A stretch of 63,524 nt of DNA, the filler included, from Octopus bimaculoides (lineage: Eukaryota), in NCBI RefSeq assembly GCF_001194135.2. It is 5 parts of 5 records of this genome, joined end to end, with 100 filler letters (N's around TTAATTAATTAA, not from the genome) between each part and the next. Parts side by side here need not be neighbours in the genome. Positions count along the whole stretch, not along the records: positions 32,263 to 55,957 come from NC_068983.1; positions 56,058 to 61,969 come from NC_068982.1; positions 62,070 to 63,524 come from NW_026305849.1; 2 more parts are not named here. The stretch is one strand, 5' to 3'. Below the pieces are notes generated by a model. That model was not told the DNA's origin. It saw only the letters and a list, made by a program, of their open reading frames with translations, and ran no database searches. A program made the translations under genes and the position numbers. This document shows positions 49,934 to 63,524 of this stretch, piece by piece (position 1 is the stretch's first letter; each line of letters begins with the position of its first letter).

Positions 49934-51169
49934 AGGGGTTGGACAAAAAAATGGAAACACCAAGCATCATAGCATCATAATTTTGAAATATCTATATTAC
50001 CGTCAAAAGCCTGTTTGTTTTATGTATTTTGATTTATTATTAGTGTTGCTTAATAGGTTTTGCTGAAATTGCTGTTCCTTTTCAGATATCATCAGAAAAA
50101 GGTAATTAAAATTCATTAAGATGACAGATCCATCGGACTTTCAAAGAGGTCAAATTGTTGGTGCTCGTATGGCAGGCGCTAGCGTAACGAAAACAGCCGA
50201 AATGTTTGGTGTATCAAGAAGTAGTGTCGAAAGTAATGATAGCCTTTGAGAGAGAGGGAAAATCCTCCTCGTCGAAACAAAACTCCAGAAGAAAACCAAA
50301 GCTTTCAGATAGGGACTGTCGGACCCTTACGCGAACTGTTAGAAAGGATCACAAAAGTACAGCTTCCAAAATTACTGCAGAGCTTAATGACCACCTTGAG
50401 AACCCAGTTTCCACAAAAACTGTTCGCCGGGAGCTGCACAAAGCCGGATTTCACGGGAGAGCTGGAATCAGAAAATCAAAAACAAACGTTGCAAAGCGTT
50501 TAGAGTGGAATAAAAATCTACATAATTGGTCCCTAGAGCAGTGGAAGAATGTTATTTTCTCGGACGAATCATCCTTTACCTTATTTCCAACAACCGGCCG
50601 AGTATACGTGTGGAGACAGCCAAAAGAAGCATTTGACCTAGACTGCCTTCTTCCAACTGTTAAACATGGAGGAGGATCTGTGATGATCGGGGGTGGGGCT
50701 ATATCTTGGAAATCCGCTGGCTCAATGGTTTCTCTTCATGGCAGAATTAATAGTCAAGTCTATTTAAGCATTTTATCTGATCAAATTCATCCTATGGTTG
50801 CGGAACTGTTTCCGAAGGAAAATTCAATCTTTCAGGATGATAATGCACCAATTTACACAGCTAAAGTTGTTATTGAATGGCACGAGGAACATTCTAGTGA
50901 AGTTGAACATGTTTACCTGGCCACCACAGTCCCCAGAACTCAATATTATTGAACATTGTGGTGCATATCCTCCACCATCATCACTACAAGAACTGGAGAC
51001 TGTTTTAGCTGAAGAATGGACAAAAATTCCTTTGGAAACAATTCAAACTTTGTACGAGTTTATACCTCGTAGAATTCAAGTTGTAATTACTGCCAAAGCG
51101 GTCCTACCCCATATTAAAATTAATTTGTTTGAAATTTTAAGGTGTTTCCATTATTTTGTCTAACCCTTG
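49933..51169 (+). mobile_element. Full-length Tc1-like transposon (1237 bp), transposase frameshifted
   Basis: 29-bp TIRs (C)AGGGGTTGGACAAAA.AATGGAAACACC at 49933-49961 and 51141-51169, with TA flanks. Transposase from ATG 50121 to TAA 51117 has FSDES, FQDDNAP and WPPQSPELNIIE. Confidence 0.95.
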
Positions 51170-51189
51170 TATGTATGTAGAGAGAGGCG

Positions 51190-51387
51190 GAGGTGTGGTA
51201 AGAAGTTTGCTTCCCAACGACACCGTCTTGGGCCCAGTCCCACTGCGTGGCACCTTGGGCAAGTGTCTTCCACTAGAACTTCGGGCTGACGAAAGCCTTA
51301 TGAGTGGATTTGGTAGACGGAAGCTGAAAGAAGCCCATCAAATACATGTGTGTGAGTGTGTATGTATGTTGTGCGTGTGTGTGTGCG

Positions 51388-51430
<43 letters not shown>

Positions 51431-51492
51431 TTGTGTATGCGTTTGTTCCCCTCAACTGCTTAACAACCGGTGTTGGTGTGATTACATCCCTG
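51190..51492 (+). mobile_element. SINE family B, running into a gap
   Basis: Head, GGCACCTTGGGCAAGTGTCTT core, (TG)n tract and the start of the tail. Confidence 0.85.
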
Positions 51493-52155
51493 ANNNNNNN
51501 NNNNNNNNNNNNNNNNNNNNNNNNNNNNNNNNNNNNNNNNNNNNNNNNNNNNNNNNNNNNNNNNNNNNNNNNNNNNNNNNNNNNNNNNNNNNNNNNNNNN
51601 NNNNNNNNNNNNNNNNNNNNNNNNNNNNNNNNNNNNNNNNNNNNNNNNNNNNNNNNNNNNNNNNNNNNNNNNNNNNNNNNNNNNNNNNNNNNNNNNNNNN
51701 NNNNNNNNNNNNNNNNNNNNNNNNNNNNNNNNNNNNNNNNNNNNNNNNNNNNNNNNNNNNNNNNNNNNNNNNNNNNNNNNNNNNNNNNNNNNNNNNNNNN
51801 NNNNNNNNNNNNNNNNNNNNNNNNNNNNNNNNNNNNNNNNNNNNNNNNNNNNNNNNNNNNNNNNNNNNNNNNNNNNNNNNNNNNNNNNNNNNNNNNNNNN
51901 NNNNNNNNNNNNNNNNNNNNNNNNNNNNNNNNNNNNNNNNNNNNNNNNNNNNNNNNNNNNNNNNNNNNNNNNNNNNNNNNNNNNNNNNNNNNNNNNNNNN
52001 NNNNNNNNNNNNNNNNNNNNNNNNNNNNNNNNNNNNNNNNNNNNNNNNNNNNNNNNNNNNNNNNNNNNNNNNNNNNNNNNNNNNNNNNNNNNNNNNNNNN
52101 NNNNNNNNNNNNNNNNNNNNNNNNNNNNNNNNNNNNNNNNNNNNNNNNNNNNNNN

Positions 52156-52214
<59 letters not shown>

Positions 52215-52837
52215 GAAAGAGAGAGAGAAATTAAGGTTTTTACATTGTGGATAGTTTAATTTGTATATTTGTGCTTTTGACAGCTCGACAGATAATACAT
52301 AATATTTAATATATGCACAATCCAACGTGAATCAGAATGACTAAAATATATTTAAATATCAGAAAGACTGTGAGAGGAATCTTTAAGAATTTGAAAACAT
52401 TCTTTCTATGCTTTCGAAATGCAGAATAAAAGAGACTCCTGATATATCAGCTAATATATAAAGCAGTCAGAAATCAAGCTATTATATATTGTTTAATTAT
52501 TGAAGAGCCGTCAAAAACTCAAATATGCTAATGAAGCTATCCCTAACGGTTAGAGCATAATTTCTAACTATTTTATAGTTATACTTTGTAATTGAATATT
52601 CTAAGCTATTGATCCGAGAAGGAAGTTGGTTACATTTCCTCAGAGGAACGAACAGTAAACGACGAAACAGTCCATCGGAGTCTCCCTCTCTTTCCCCGCA
52701 CATTGAAAGCGTAGAGGGAACGTGTTTACAATTTTATAATTTCTTCTCACAGTTAGGCTTCCTAATATTAAATTTTCATACATACACACGTACATACGCA
52801 CACACACATACACACATATACTCTCTCTTTTACTCTT

Positions 52838-53558
52838 TTACTTGTTTCAGTCATTTGACTGTGGCCATGCTGGAGCACCGCCTTTAGTCGAGCAAATCGA
52901 CCCCAGGACTTATTCTTTGTAAGCCTAGTACTTATTCTATCGGTCTCTTTTGCCGAACCGCTAATGTTACGGAGACGTAAACACACCAGCATCGGTTGTC
53001 AAGCGATGCTGGGGGGACAAACACAGATACACAAGCACATACACACACACACACACACACANNNNNNNNNNNNNNNNNNNNNNNNNNNNNNNNNNNNNNN
53101 NNNNNNNNNNNNNNNNNNNNNNNNNNNATATATATAAATAATACAACGGATATATAAGCATGTATACACACATATATGTACATACTTACATCTACATGTG
53201 TATATAGATGCATATTCGGGTACAGGACGTTAGAAAAATGAACTACAGACAACGGAACGAACACATAGAAAAACAAATAGCCACTTGGATTAATTCTTTA
53301 TCAGCTGCCTCTATTCTAAACTAGGCGTTTCGAAGATAAGGCAGGACGACCTCTTAGAATAGTTTCTCCCTGAGTAGTGGATCAAATATATATATACATA
53401 TATACGAAGGACTTCTTTCGGTTTCCGTCTACTAAATCCACACACAAGGCTTTGGTCGGCCCGAGGCTATAGTAGAAGACACTTGTCCAAGGTGCCCCGC
53501 AGTGGGACTGAACCCGGAACCATGTGGTTCGTAAGCAAGCTACTTACCACACAGCCAC
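52838..53558 (-). mobile_element. SINE family B with a family D fragment (53219-53385) inside its microsatellite
   Basis: Near-consensus tail at 52838-53030 and head/CORE at 53408-53558 bracket the microsatellite, a small gap and the family D sequence. Confidence 0.85.
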
Positions 53559-54230
53559 ATGAAGATACATACGTATGAAGGGAGACTTTGGGCAATCACT
53601 CGAAATGCTAAAATTCGCAGACAGTGCTCCATCAAATTACACACTAGCTTTCAAAAAAGAAAGCTAAATTACAGAATTTAGATCTTGGTATACAAATAGA
53701 CAGATGATCACAACAGAAGGGTTTTCATCATATGACTACTTAATGAACGAATTTTCTGCTCTATTAATCCTCCATTCTTTCTTCGTCTGCTCCGTTTTCT
53801 TATTTAATAGATTACTAGCATCGAAGTATACACATTAAATAATAACTCTCTATATAAGACCATGTTATTACTATCTTTTAGATAGCGTGTTAACACTTAT
53901 ATATTATATATGTGTATTTGTGAATGTATGTGTATATGACTATGTTTATATATGGTTGTATATGTGTGTATATGTGCGAGTATAAAGATAGATATATAGA
54001 GATATAAATAGACAGAGCTGATATATCAGAGTGTTAGAGTAAACGAATAAAAGAAATAATCCAAATGAAGAGAGAAGGGAAAGAGAGAAGAGTAAAATTA
54101 TGAGGAAATGCCACTATCCTTAGTTATTTCTATCTCCTTATCTCCATCAATCCAGGTAGACCTACCTGTTCACGAAACATACTTTACGAGGATTACAATT
54201 ACAGAATCAATTGTTTCCTAAACTACATGT

Positions 54231-54300
<70 letters not shown>

Positions 54301-54959
54301 GCCTGCGNNNNNNNNNNNNNNNNNNNNNNNNNNNNNNNNNNNNNNNNNNNNNNNNNNNNNNNNNNNNNNNNNNNNNNNNNNNNNNNNNNNNNNNNNNNNN
54401 NNNNNNNNNNNNNNNNNNNNNNNNNNNNNNNNNNNNNNNNNNNNNNNNNNNNNNNNNNNNNNNNNNNNNNNNNNNNNNNNNNNNNNNNNNNNNNNNNNNN
54501 NNNNNNNNNNNNNNNNNNNNNNNNNNNNNNNNNNNNNNNNNNNNNNNNNNNNNNNNNNNNNNNNNNNNNNNNNNNNNNNNNNNNNNNNNNNNNNNNNNNN
54601 NNNNNNNNNNNNNNNNNNNNNNNNNNNNNNNNNNNNNNNNNNNNNNNNNNNNNNNNNNNNNNNNNNNNNNNNNNNNNNNNNNNNNNNNNNNNNNNNNNNN
54701 NNNNNNNNNNNNNNNNNNNNNNNNNNNNNNNNNNNNNNNNNNNNNNNNNNNNNNNNNNNNNNNNNNNNNNNNNNNNNNNNNNNNNNNNNNNNNNNNNNNN
54801 NNNNNNNNNNNNNNNNNNNNNNNNNNNNNNNNNNNNNNNNNNNNNNNNNNNNNNNNNNNNNNNNNNNNNNNNNNNNNNNNNNNNNNNNNNNNNNNNNNNN
54901 NNNNNNNNNNNNNNNNNNNNNNNNNNNNNNNNNNNNNNNNNACACATCTCTCTCTCACT

Positions 54960-54962
54960 CTG

Positions 54963-55006
<44 letters not shown>

Positions 55007-55015
55007 CCTATCTAC

Positions 55016-55088
<73 letters not shown>
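54960..55088. repeat. (TATC)n microsatellite
   Basis: Direct reading. Similar tracts occur at about 5385-5456, 8080-8148, 23099-23154, 26333-26420, 55849-55957 and 60697-60763. Confidence 0.95.
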
Positions 55089-55089
<1 letters not shown>

Positions 55090-55847
55090 GCCTGCGTATC
55101 TTTCATCGATTCTATGTAATTATAGATTTCCAACTCTCTGGCAAATCTTGTCACCAAAATAATTCCCCTGTCACGTTAAGATCACAGAATGTTCCGTCAA
55201 TAAAACCTTACCTACAACATAGAGTATCCACAAGCTACAGTTTGTTATCCGTTAAAGAGAACTTCCTAATTTTACTTTTCTCCTACGTTCTTAATAAATA
55301 CATTCATTCTTCTGTCATTCCTAGCATCCTTTCTTCGTTGTATGCATTTCCTTCTCACAGTCCTTATATTCCATATTACTGAGTCCGTCTTAGTCAAACC
55401 AAATATAACTGTTATTTAAAGATATAGAGAATAAATAGAAATGAATTGAAAGAATCACAGAAAATCAGAAAGAAAGGGGAAGGATTAACGGTAGGATTTT
55501 CGCGAGGGGGTGGTGATCGTTGGCTATCTGTGACACTGACGGAGCTGGTCACTTCAACAATCTGGTTAAGAGAGCAGTAGTTCTCTTCTCTCTGCTCGAC
55601 AGACGGACGGAACAGAGAAGAAGAGTAGGTGTTTAAACCGGCTGCTTTACTGGATTACTTTATCAGTCAGTCTCAACTAGTGATGGAGTTATAATAATGC
55701 ATTCTGAAGGGAAAGATAATCTTGAAAAGACATCTTTAAAAGATGCTGTTAGCATAGAAGAAGGGGATAGCGAGGTGAAACCCGAGAAAACGTGAGTACA
55801 AACGAATACTTATATATCCATCGATCCATCGATCCATCCATTCATCC

Positions 55848-55957
<110 letters not shown>

Positions 55958-56057
55958 NNNNNNNNNNNNNNNNNNNNNNNNNNNNNNNNNNNNNNNNNNN
56001 NTTAATTAATTAANNNNNNNNNNNNNNNNNNNNNNNNNNNNNNNNNNNNNNNNNNNN

Positions 56058-56112
<55 letters not shown>

Positions 56113-58041
56113 TTCTGTGTGAGTTAGAGGTTGAGAAACCAACTAAGAGATAGTACCTATTGAATATACTGCTGGTAGTGTACACAATCATTCATAGTGA
56201 AGTGCTAGTTATTGCATGGTAATATCGCAATTGAGTATTATATATGGATGGGGGTAAAAAGTAGTTTACTCTTGATTTATTCGGCAAATAAGAAAACGGA
56301 GAGGATATAAAATCGCCAGACATCAGCCAGTAAACACTCCAGTATGTCTATTTATTCAAATATATTGGATGAATACACACACACATGTATGAGTGGTTCA
56401 GATTCTCGTGTGTAAAAAGCTGGTAACTGCATAAACAAAGGTGTGAATACATATAAGCATATAGAAACAAATGACCAATTGAGCAAAGAAGCAAATTAGC
56501 AAAAAGCTGAATGGGTGTGTAGGTGCTAGTTTCTTACGGCCGTTTCTGCCAAGAGGCAACGAAATATTCCAGGTTATTTTCATTTCTTCAGTGTTATGCA
56601 GGGAAAAGTAGACAAAGCTTGGATAATGGATGTGCCCCTAGGCTTCTTCAGAGGGTCTAAGTAGTTGGGGGTGGGTAACACATATAAAAGCCAGTTATGA
56701 ATAGCTAAGTTGTGTTTATCTTTTTAAATAGAGTAGAATAAGAATAAGTATAAGAGTAAACACGAGAATATAAGTGAAGTTCATCATAGTACAGTAATAT
56801 AATATAAAATCCATGTTATTTCATCTAGTGGTGGGTAAGGGAATATAATCGTTCTCAGGAGAATTTTTTCAGAAGGAATAATTTTAGGCAGTAGCTCACA
56901 TTGTGTTTCCACAGAACTTTAGTGGTGGGTTTGATGGTATGGTCCGTGTTACAGCGGTGAAAGTTTATATGTAAAGAGCCAGTTAGTACGTGTAGCGTTG
57001 CAGAGGGTATGTCATTAGTGTATATATATATATATATATATATATATNNNNNNNNNNNNNNNNNNNNNNNNNNNNNNNNNNNNNNNNNNNNNNNNNNNNN
57101 NNNNNNNNNNNNNNNNNNNNNNNNNNNNNNNNNNNNNNNNNNNNNNNNNNNNNNNNNNNNNNNNNNNNNNNNNNNNNNNNNNNNNNNNNNNNNNNNNNNN
57201 NNNNNNNNNNNNNNNNNNNNNNNNNNNNNNNNNNNNNNNNNNNNNNNNNNNNNNNNNNNNNNNNNNNNNNNNNNNNNNNNNNNNNNNNNNNNNNNNNNNN
57301 NNNNNNNNNNNNNNNNNNNNNNNNNNNNNNNNNNNNNNNNNNNNNNNNNNNNNNNNNNNNNNNNNNNNNNNNNNNNNNNNNNNNNNNNNNNNNNNNNNNN
57401 NNNNNNNNNNNNNNNNNNNNNNNNNNNNNNNNNNNNNNNNNNNNNNNNNNNNNNNNNNNNNNNNNNNNNNNNNNNNNNNNNNNNNNNNNNNNNNNNNNNN
57501 NNNNNNNNNNNNNNNNNNNNNNNNNNNNNNNNNNNNNNNNNNNNNNNNNNNNNNNNNNNNNNNNNNNNNNNNNNNNNNNNNNNNNNNNNNNNNNNNNNNN
57601 NNNNNNNNNNNNNNNNNNNNNNNNNNNNNNNNNNNNNNNNNNNNNNNNNNNNNNNNNNNNNNNNNNNNNNNNNNNNNNNNNNNNNNNNNNNNNNNNNNNN
57701 NNNNNNNNNNNNNNNNNNNNNNNNNNNNNNNNNNNNNNNNNNNNNNNNNNNNNNNNNNNNNNNNNNNNNNNNNNNNNNNNNNNNNNNNNNNNNNNNNNNN
57801 NNNNNNNNNNNNNNNNNNNNNNNNNNNNNNNNNNNNNNNNNNNNNNNNNNNNNNNNNNNNNNNNNNNNNNNNNNNNNNNNNNNNNNNNNNNNNNNNNNNN
57901 NNNNNNNNNNNNNNNNNNNNNNNNNNNNNNNNNNNNNNNNNNNNNNNNNNNNNNNNNNNNNNNNNNNNNNNNNNNNNNNNNNNNNNNNNNNNNNNNNNNN
58001 NNNNNNNNNNNNNNNNNNNNNNNNNNNNNNNNNNNNNNNNN

Positions 58042-58074
<33 letters not shown>

Positions 58075-58139
58075 CACACACACACACACACACATATATA
58101 CTTGATAATACAAATTCGGTGTGTGTTGCGTTCCATTAC

Positions 58140-58950
58140 TTGATAAATACAAAAACGTATAAACAAACGACATTTTTACTGAAGGTAAAAACAAACGGGA
58201 GACAAACAGAAAGTTCGTAACTCTTCATAACTCTTCTCTGTCATTTCCTTTCCTTGCTGTCTTTCTCCTCTGCTGGCTGCTGTTACGTGACCAGCGGCCA
58301 GTTCCTCTTTTACTTCCTTTCTTAGACTGGTCCCTCAGTTGACCAGTCACTTCTATTCTAGCCCTGTTACTTACTCCCATTCTCTCTCTCTCCATCTTCT
58401 ATTCCTAGCCTTTCTCACTTGTGTATTCCTAGCCTTTCTCCTTCCCTTTCATCCACTTCCCCCTTCTTTACACAGTCGCTCCCTCTCCCTGCTGTCTTTC
58501 TCCTTTGTGTGCTGCTGTCACGTGACCAGCGGCCAGTTCCTCTTTTTCTTCCTTTCTTAGATTTGTCCCTCAGCTAACTAGTCACAAATTCTGTCTCTCC
58601 GTTCTTCAACATTCAAAACATTTTCTAAGCGTTACCCACTATTCTCGTCTTTTTGGTCCCTAGGCCATATTTTGTTCAACTGTTTATCCTTGTCCAATGT
58701 CCTACATAACACTATATGTCGCTTTGCTTGTTTTGTTTCGTTTTGTTTACTCTTGTTTCTAATTCTACGCATGAAAACCTTTTTTTGCGAGCAACGCCAA
58801 TTGGGAAGCACTAACTCTTATTACTCATTCTTATGCGAAACTGAACAGTATCATTGGTCGATAACTGATGACGAATTATGGACATTCTGTTTGTCTCCCG
58901 ATTGTTTTTACATTCAGTAAAAATGTCGTTTGTTTATGCATTTTTCATTT
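58140..58950. repeat. About 810-bp element with about 85-bp inverted termini and an internal direct repeat
   Basis: TTCTGTTTGTCTCCCG.TTGTTTTTAC.TTCAGTAAAAATGTCGTTTGTTTAT is on minus at 58140-58225 and on plus at 58870-58950. CGTGACCAGCGGCCAGTTCCTCTTTT is repeated at about 58285 and 58520. Confidence 0.78.
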
Positions 58951-59172
58951 ATATATATATATATATATATATATATNNNNNNNNNNNNNNNNNNNNNNNN
59001 NNNNNNNNNNNNNNNNNNNNNNNNNNNNNNNNNNNNNNNNNNNNNNNNNNNNNNNNNNNNNNNNNNNNNNNNNNNNNNNNNNNNNNNNNNNNNNNNNNNN
59101 NNNNNNNNNNNNNNNNNNNNNNNNNNNNNNNNNNNNNNNNNNNNNNNNNNNNNNNNNNNNNNNNNNNNNNNN

Positions 59173-59238
<66 letters not shown>

Positions 59239-59354
59239 ATTTACATATATATACATATATATACACACTTAAATGTATATACGTACATCCGTATAAACAA
59301 ACATCTCTCTCTCTCCAAATATATTTATAAAACACAGACAAGCGAATGAATCGA

Positions 59355-60690
59355 TGGATTTCTTTGCCGCCTCACCTATAACAAGCGAGGCAGTTACGAT
59401 GGATTACATCGACATTAGTGGTGAAGTTATACTACTAGCCATAGATGAGGTGGGCGCAAACTCAACTATAGATTCTCTTCCAGAGCTTTCTTGCAAATGG
59501 CAGGCTGCCAAGCAAACTGAAGAAGGGAATGATATGCCCAATCCATAAAGGAGGAAGCAAAGCAGATGCCAAAAATTATAGGCTTATCTCTCTGACTTCC
59601 CACATCAGCAAAGTCATGGAAAGGAAACTAATCGCATTCCTTGAATAAAATGCCTTCCTGAGTGATACCCAGCATGGCTTTCGACCAGGTAGGAGCTGCC
59701 TGACCCAGCTCTTACAGCACTATGACTGGGTGTTGAGGAAGTTACTCAACAACTCAAATGTAGACGTAAAAAGGTTTTGATAAAGTGGATCATGGTAAGA
59801 TATGCCACAAACTGCGTGATCTCTACATAGCTGGAAAACTTGGAGAGTGATTACATGACTTTCTGAAAGATAGAAGTCAGGCAGTAGTGGCTAATGGAGC
59901 CACCTACAAGAAAACTCAAATAGTGAATAGTGTTACACAGGGACCACTGCTTTTCATAGTAGCCCGTCCAGATATGCCCTCAGCTACTCGCAGAAAATAC
60001 AGAACCCCAGCGATATTGCATCCCTGCAGTAGGAGTTGGACTCAATTTATACATGGGCTGAGGGCAATAATATGCAGTTTAATGCTGGAAAATTCCAAGC
60101 CCTGCGCTACCAGCACCCAAAGCTGAAAATAAAACTTACAGGGTACCTTGGCCTACAGGGGATTACAATCCCAGAGTCTAAATCAGTTCAAGACCTGGGT
60201 ATCGACATGAGTGATAATACCTCTTTCCAAGTGCACATTACCAGGATGGTGATAAAGTGCAGACGACTGGCTGAATGGATCCTGAGAACCTTCAGAACCA
60301 GAGAGAAGGAAATCATGATGGCCCTCTGAAGGACATTCGTTCTCAACAGCCTGGACTACGCTTCCAGCTATGGTCACCCCATAATGTAAAATTAACAGCG
60401 GACACTGAAATCCACCGAAGCTTCACAAGGAAGATAGTCTCATTGCAACAGCTCAGCTACTGGGATAGGCTGAAACAGCTAAGACTCTACTCCTTTGAGC
60501 GAAGGCGGGAGAGATATGCAGTAATATGCATCTGGAAGATCATGGAAGGGATTGCGCCAAATTTTGGCTTTGAGAGCTAAACAAATGCCAGAACGGGTCG
60601 CCACTGCACAGTGTCAAATATCCCAGCAATGTCATCACGCTTCAGGACCAGTTATTGAAGCAACCTGAGTTTCAGGGGCCCAAAGCGTTT
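59355..60690 (+). mobile_element. CR1-like LINE RT fragment, decayed
   Basis: PIHKGGS..KNYRLISLTSHISKVMER..QHGFRPGRSCLTQLL..FDKVDHG..QG.PLLF..MQFNAGKFQ..DLGI..LYSFERRRER. The catalytic YADD segment is deleted. Confidence 0.92.
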
Positions 60691-60693
60691 TAA

Positions 60694-60763
<70 letters not shown>

Positions 60764-61321
60764 ATCGTTAAAAATTGTACAAAGAAATAAAGAAAGTGAG
60801 GGAACTACAAAGTAAGTGTATTAGTTTGACGCTCAGGAAAAATGGAAGAGTCTTTGACATTTCGAGCCAACGCTCGTCTATAGAAAGGAGTGAGGTGAGA
60901 AAACAGATAAAGAGAGAGAAGGCAAAAAGGAAAAATAAAAAGAAAAAAAACAAGAAACAACAGAGAGAAACAAAACGTGTCTGGATTAACAGTTGTACTC
61001 ATAAACACACACACACACATACATGCATCACAGAGAAGGAGTATGAGAGAAATCCATAGGAAGATAAATATGTAGACTGACAGAAAAAAACAACCAGTAA
61101 CGTTGATATAAAAAAAAGATAACCATAGATAGATTGTTAGATACACAGATAGACAGAGTAATAGATAGATAGATAGATCGATAGATAGATAAATAGATAG
61201 ATAGGTAGATAAAACGAGAAAGATGTAGATAGACAAACGTACAAAGAAATAGATAAGTACATAGACAAACAAATAGATACATACATAGGCAGGTGAATAG
61301 CTTGCTATATGAATATCTACT

Positions 61322-61373
<52 letters not shown>

Positions 61374-61563
61374 AGATAGATAGTTAGGTAGATAGGTGGA
61401 TGGGTGGATAGGCATATAAATAGATAGGGACATAGAGAAATAGTAAAAAAATTGGTCGTCAGATGGTTAATCGTGCAGAAAATGCTTTAGATTTTGTTTT
61501 TTCATTCTTCCTTCATTTTATTTTCTCGTTCATTCAAATTTTGTTTCATTGTTTTTCCTTATG

Positions 61564-61607
<44 letters not shown>

Positions 61608-63524
61608 CATATATATACACATACATATGTATATATGCATATATATGTATATATAGACATATACACATGTACATATATATATATATATATATTCATATGT
61701 ATGTTTGTACATATATATATATATGTGTGTGTGTGTGTGTCTATCTACCTATATAAATGCATATATACATCTATATCTCTACCTATCCCTCCATATATAA
61801 GTATGTATGTATAAGTACATACATATGTCTAAATATGTCTGTGTGAGCATTCTTTATAGACATATATGCATCATGTGTAGACACTCACCACTCCACACAC
61901 ACACACACACACACATATAAATTTACATTTTACCATATATATATATATATACGTATATATATATATATANNNNNNNNNNNNNNNNNNNNNNNNNNNNNNN
62001 NNNNNNNNNNNNNTTAATTAATTAANNNNNNNNNNNNNNNNNNNNNNNNNNNNNNNNNNNNNNNNNNNNAAATATTGAATACAAGGTAAGTCTACATTAA
62101 TTCACATATTTGTTTTTTTGTGACTTACCTTGCATTTACTTCGAATTGTTTTGGCCTTACCCACGGTCTTTTATGCAATATATTCTACACAATACTTCAC
62201 AGTAATTATTCCAGTATATATATATGTAGGTATGTATAAATATATGTATGTATATATATTGCATGTGTATGTGTATGTTTTACTCAACTTTCATATTTAT
62301 TGTATGTATATGAAAACAGGGTAAAACAGGAGAGTTGACTTAAGTACATTACTGCAACATTACAAATTACGTAATTTACACGTGTTTCACTAGCGAATAA
62401 ATGTACAAATACAGGTACGTGAAGCATAAGGAGCATCAGATCTTCAGAAAAATATTGTAATTTAGTTTAACATTATGTATGAACAGAAGTTTCACAATGT
62501 GTAAACACATAACGATTATAGCATGTAAGGTTAGGTAATTCATAATATAATAAAAGCAATACAAATAACTCTTCTATTAGTGTTGGACGTAACATTCCTT
62601 CCTGCTCCCGTTTGCCGTAAGGCCACGCTTGCCGGGCACTATTAGCGATTTTGCTCGAATAACATGGGTGATGTGGAAGGAATCCACTGGCATAAATAGA
62701 CAACTGTTGGTCTTCGAAACCGGTTTGTCGACATCTTAGAAATTCTTCAGGTGTCCATCCATAGATTCGCCTGACACACATGCACAAACCTGAACATTCG
62801 TGCGTACATGTTTGTGTGCAGTAATATATGCATACAGACTGACGTAACTTCAAACACAAAATACACATATGTGTCTGTATGTTGCAAGATATAAATAATG
62901 CAACTAGCTTTGGTAATGTGCCATGATAAGAATATGAAGATGTGACCCCTATCGCAGATAAATCCTTACACACGTGCATGCGTACACAACACACATAACA
63001 TACACGTATAAGTACGCATACATGCATACATACATGCATACATACATACATACGCACACACATACATAAATACACAAATACATACATACATACATCCATA
63101 CATACATACATACACTTTTATAAAGATAACTAAGTAATAGCTTGGGTGGTTTTGATGCTGGATATGGTGATGATGATAATTACACGGAGGATTTTGAAGC
63201 TGATGATTGGTGAGGATGATATACATAAGGTAACGTTGATAATGGTGGTGGTGGTAGTGGCAGTGATAATGATGATGATGATGATGATGATGATGACGAT
63301 GATGATGATGATNNNNNNNNNNGATGACGATGATGATGATGATGATAAAAGAGTTGGAGCATGAAACTGATGTTGGAGAAGAGACGGTGATGATGTTAAT
63401 GGAGGTGTTATTGATGACGAAGGTAATGATACTGCTGCTGCTGATGATGATGGCATTGCCTGCGGTGGGACATGATGTTCTCTATCAAGAAGCTGAGAGT
63501 ATTTATGGTCCTTCCCTACTGTTT

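Noticed and set aside
58826-58880. Type II hammerhead (GAAACTGAACAGTA...CTGATGA)
   Set aside because: Stem II cannot form, stem I is weak and the stem III loop is only 2 nt.
62716-62725. GAAAC-CG-GTT hammerhead half
   Set aside because: No CUGANGA box or stem I was found upstream.
63340-63524. Acidic open frame at the window end as an Irx acidic-region exon
   Set aside because: It derives from (GAT)n low-complexity sequence, with no acceptor, homeodomain or IRO box.

Overview
AT-rich, microsatellite-saturated animal genomic DNA with many N gaps and four artificial 100-bp spacers (N44-TTAATTAATTAA-N44). The SINE repertoire and gap style suggest an octopus draft assembly (inference). The only host gene sequence I recognise is the first coding exon of an Iroquois (Irx) homeobox gene at 6923-6985 (+), encoding MSYPQFGYTYPSTNNSISSTQ and followed by a GTAAGT donor; no later exon is visible. 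The rest is transposon-derived: two tRNA-derived SINE families in many copies, and a dense fossil block at about 38-53 kb holding three Penelope-like element (PLE) fragments, CR1-like LINEs, an L1/Tx1 fragment, a Helitron, two mariners, a maT-like element and a full-length Tc1-like element. A further CR1 lies at 59-60.7 kb. The most notable observations are a near-intact minimal hammerhead ribozyme plus several degenerate relatives in inverted repeats, an in-frame join of two different PLE endonuclease modules, a mariner built from two left ends, and a SINE tail that matches the local CR1 3' end. All protein calls come from manual translation and motif recall, no database search was run, and TE boundaries are approximate unless TSD or TIR evidence is given.
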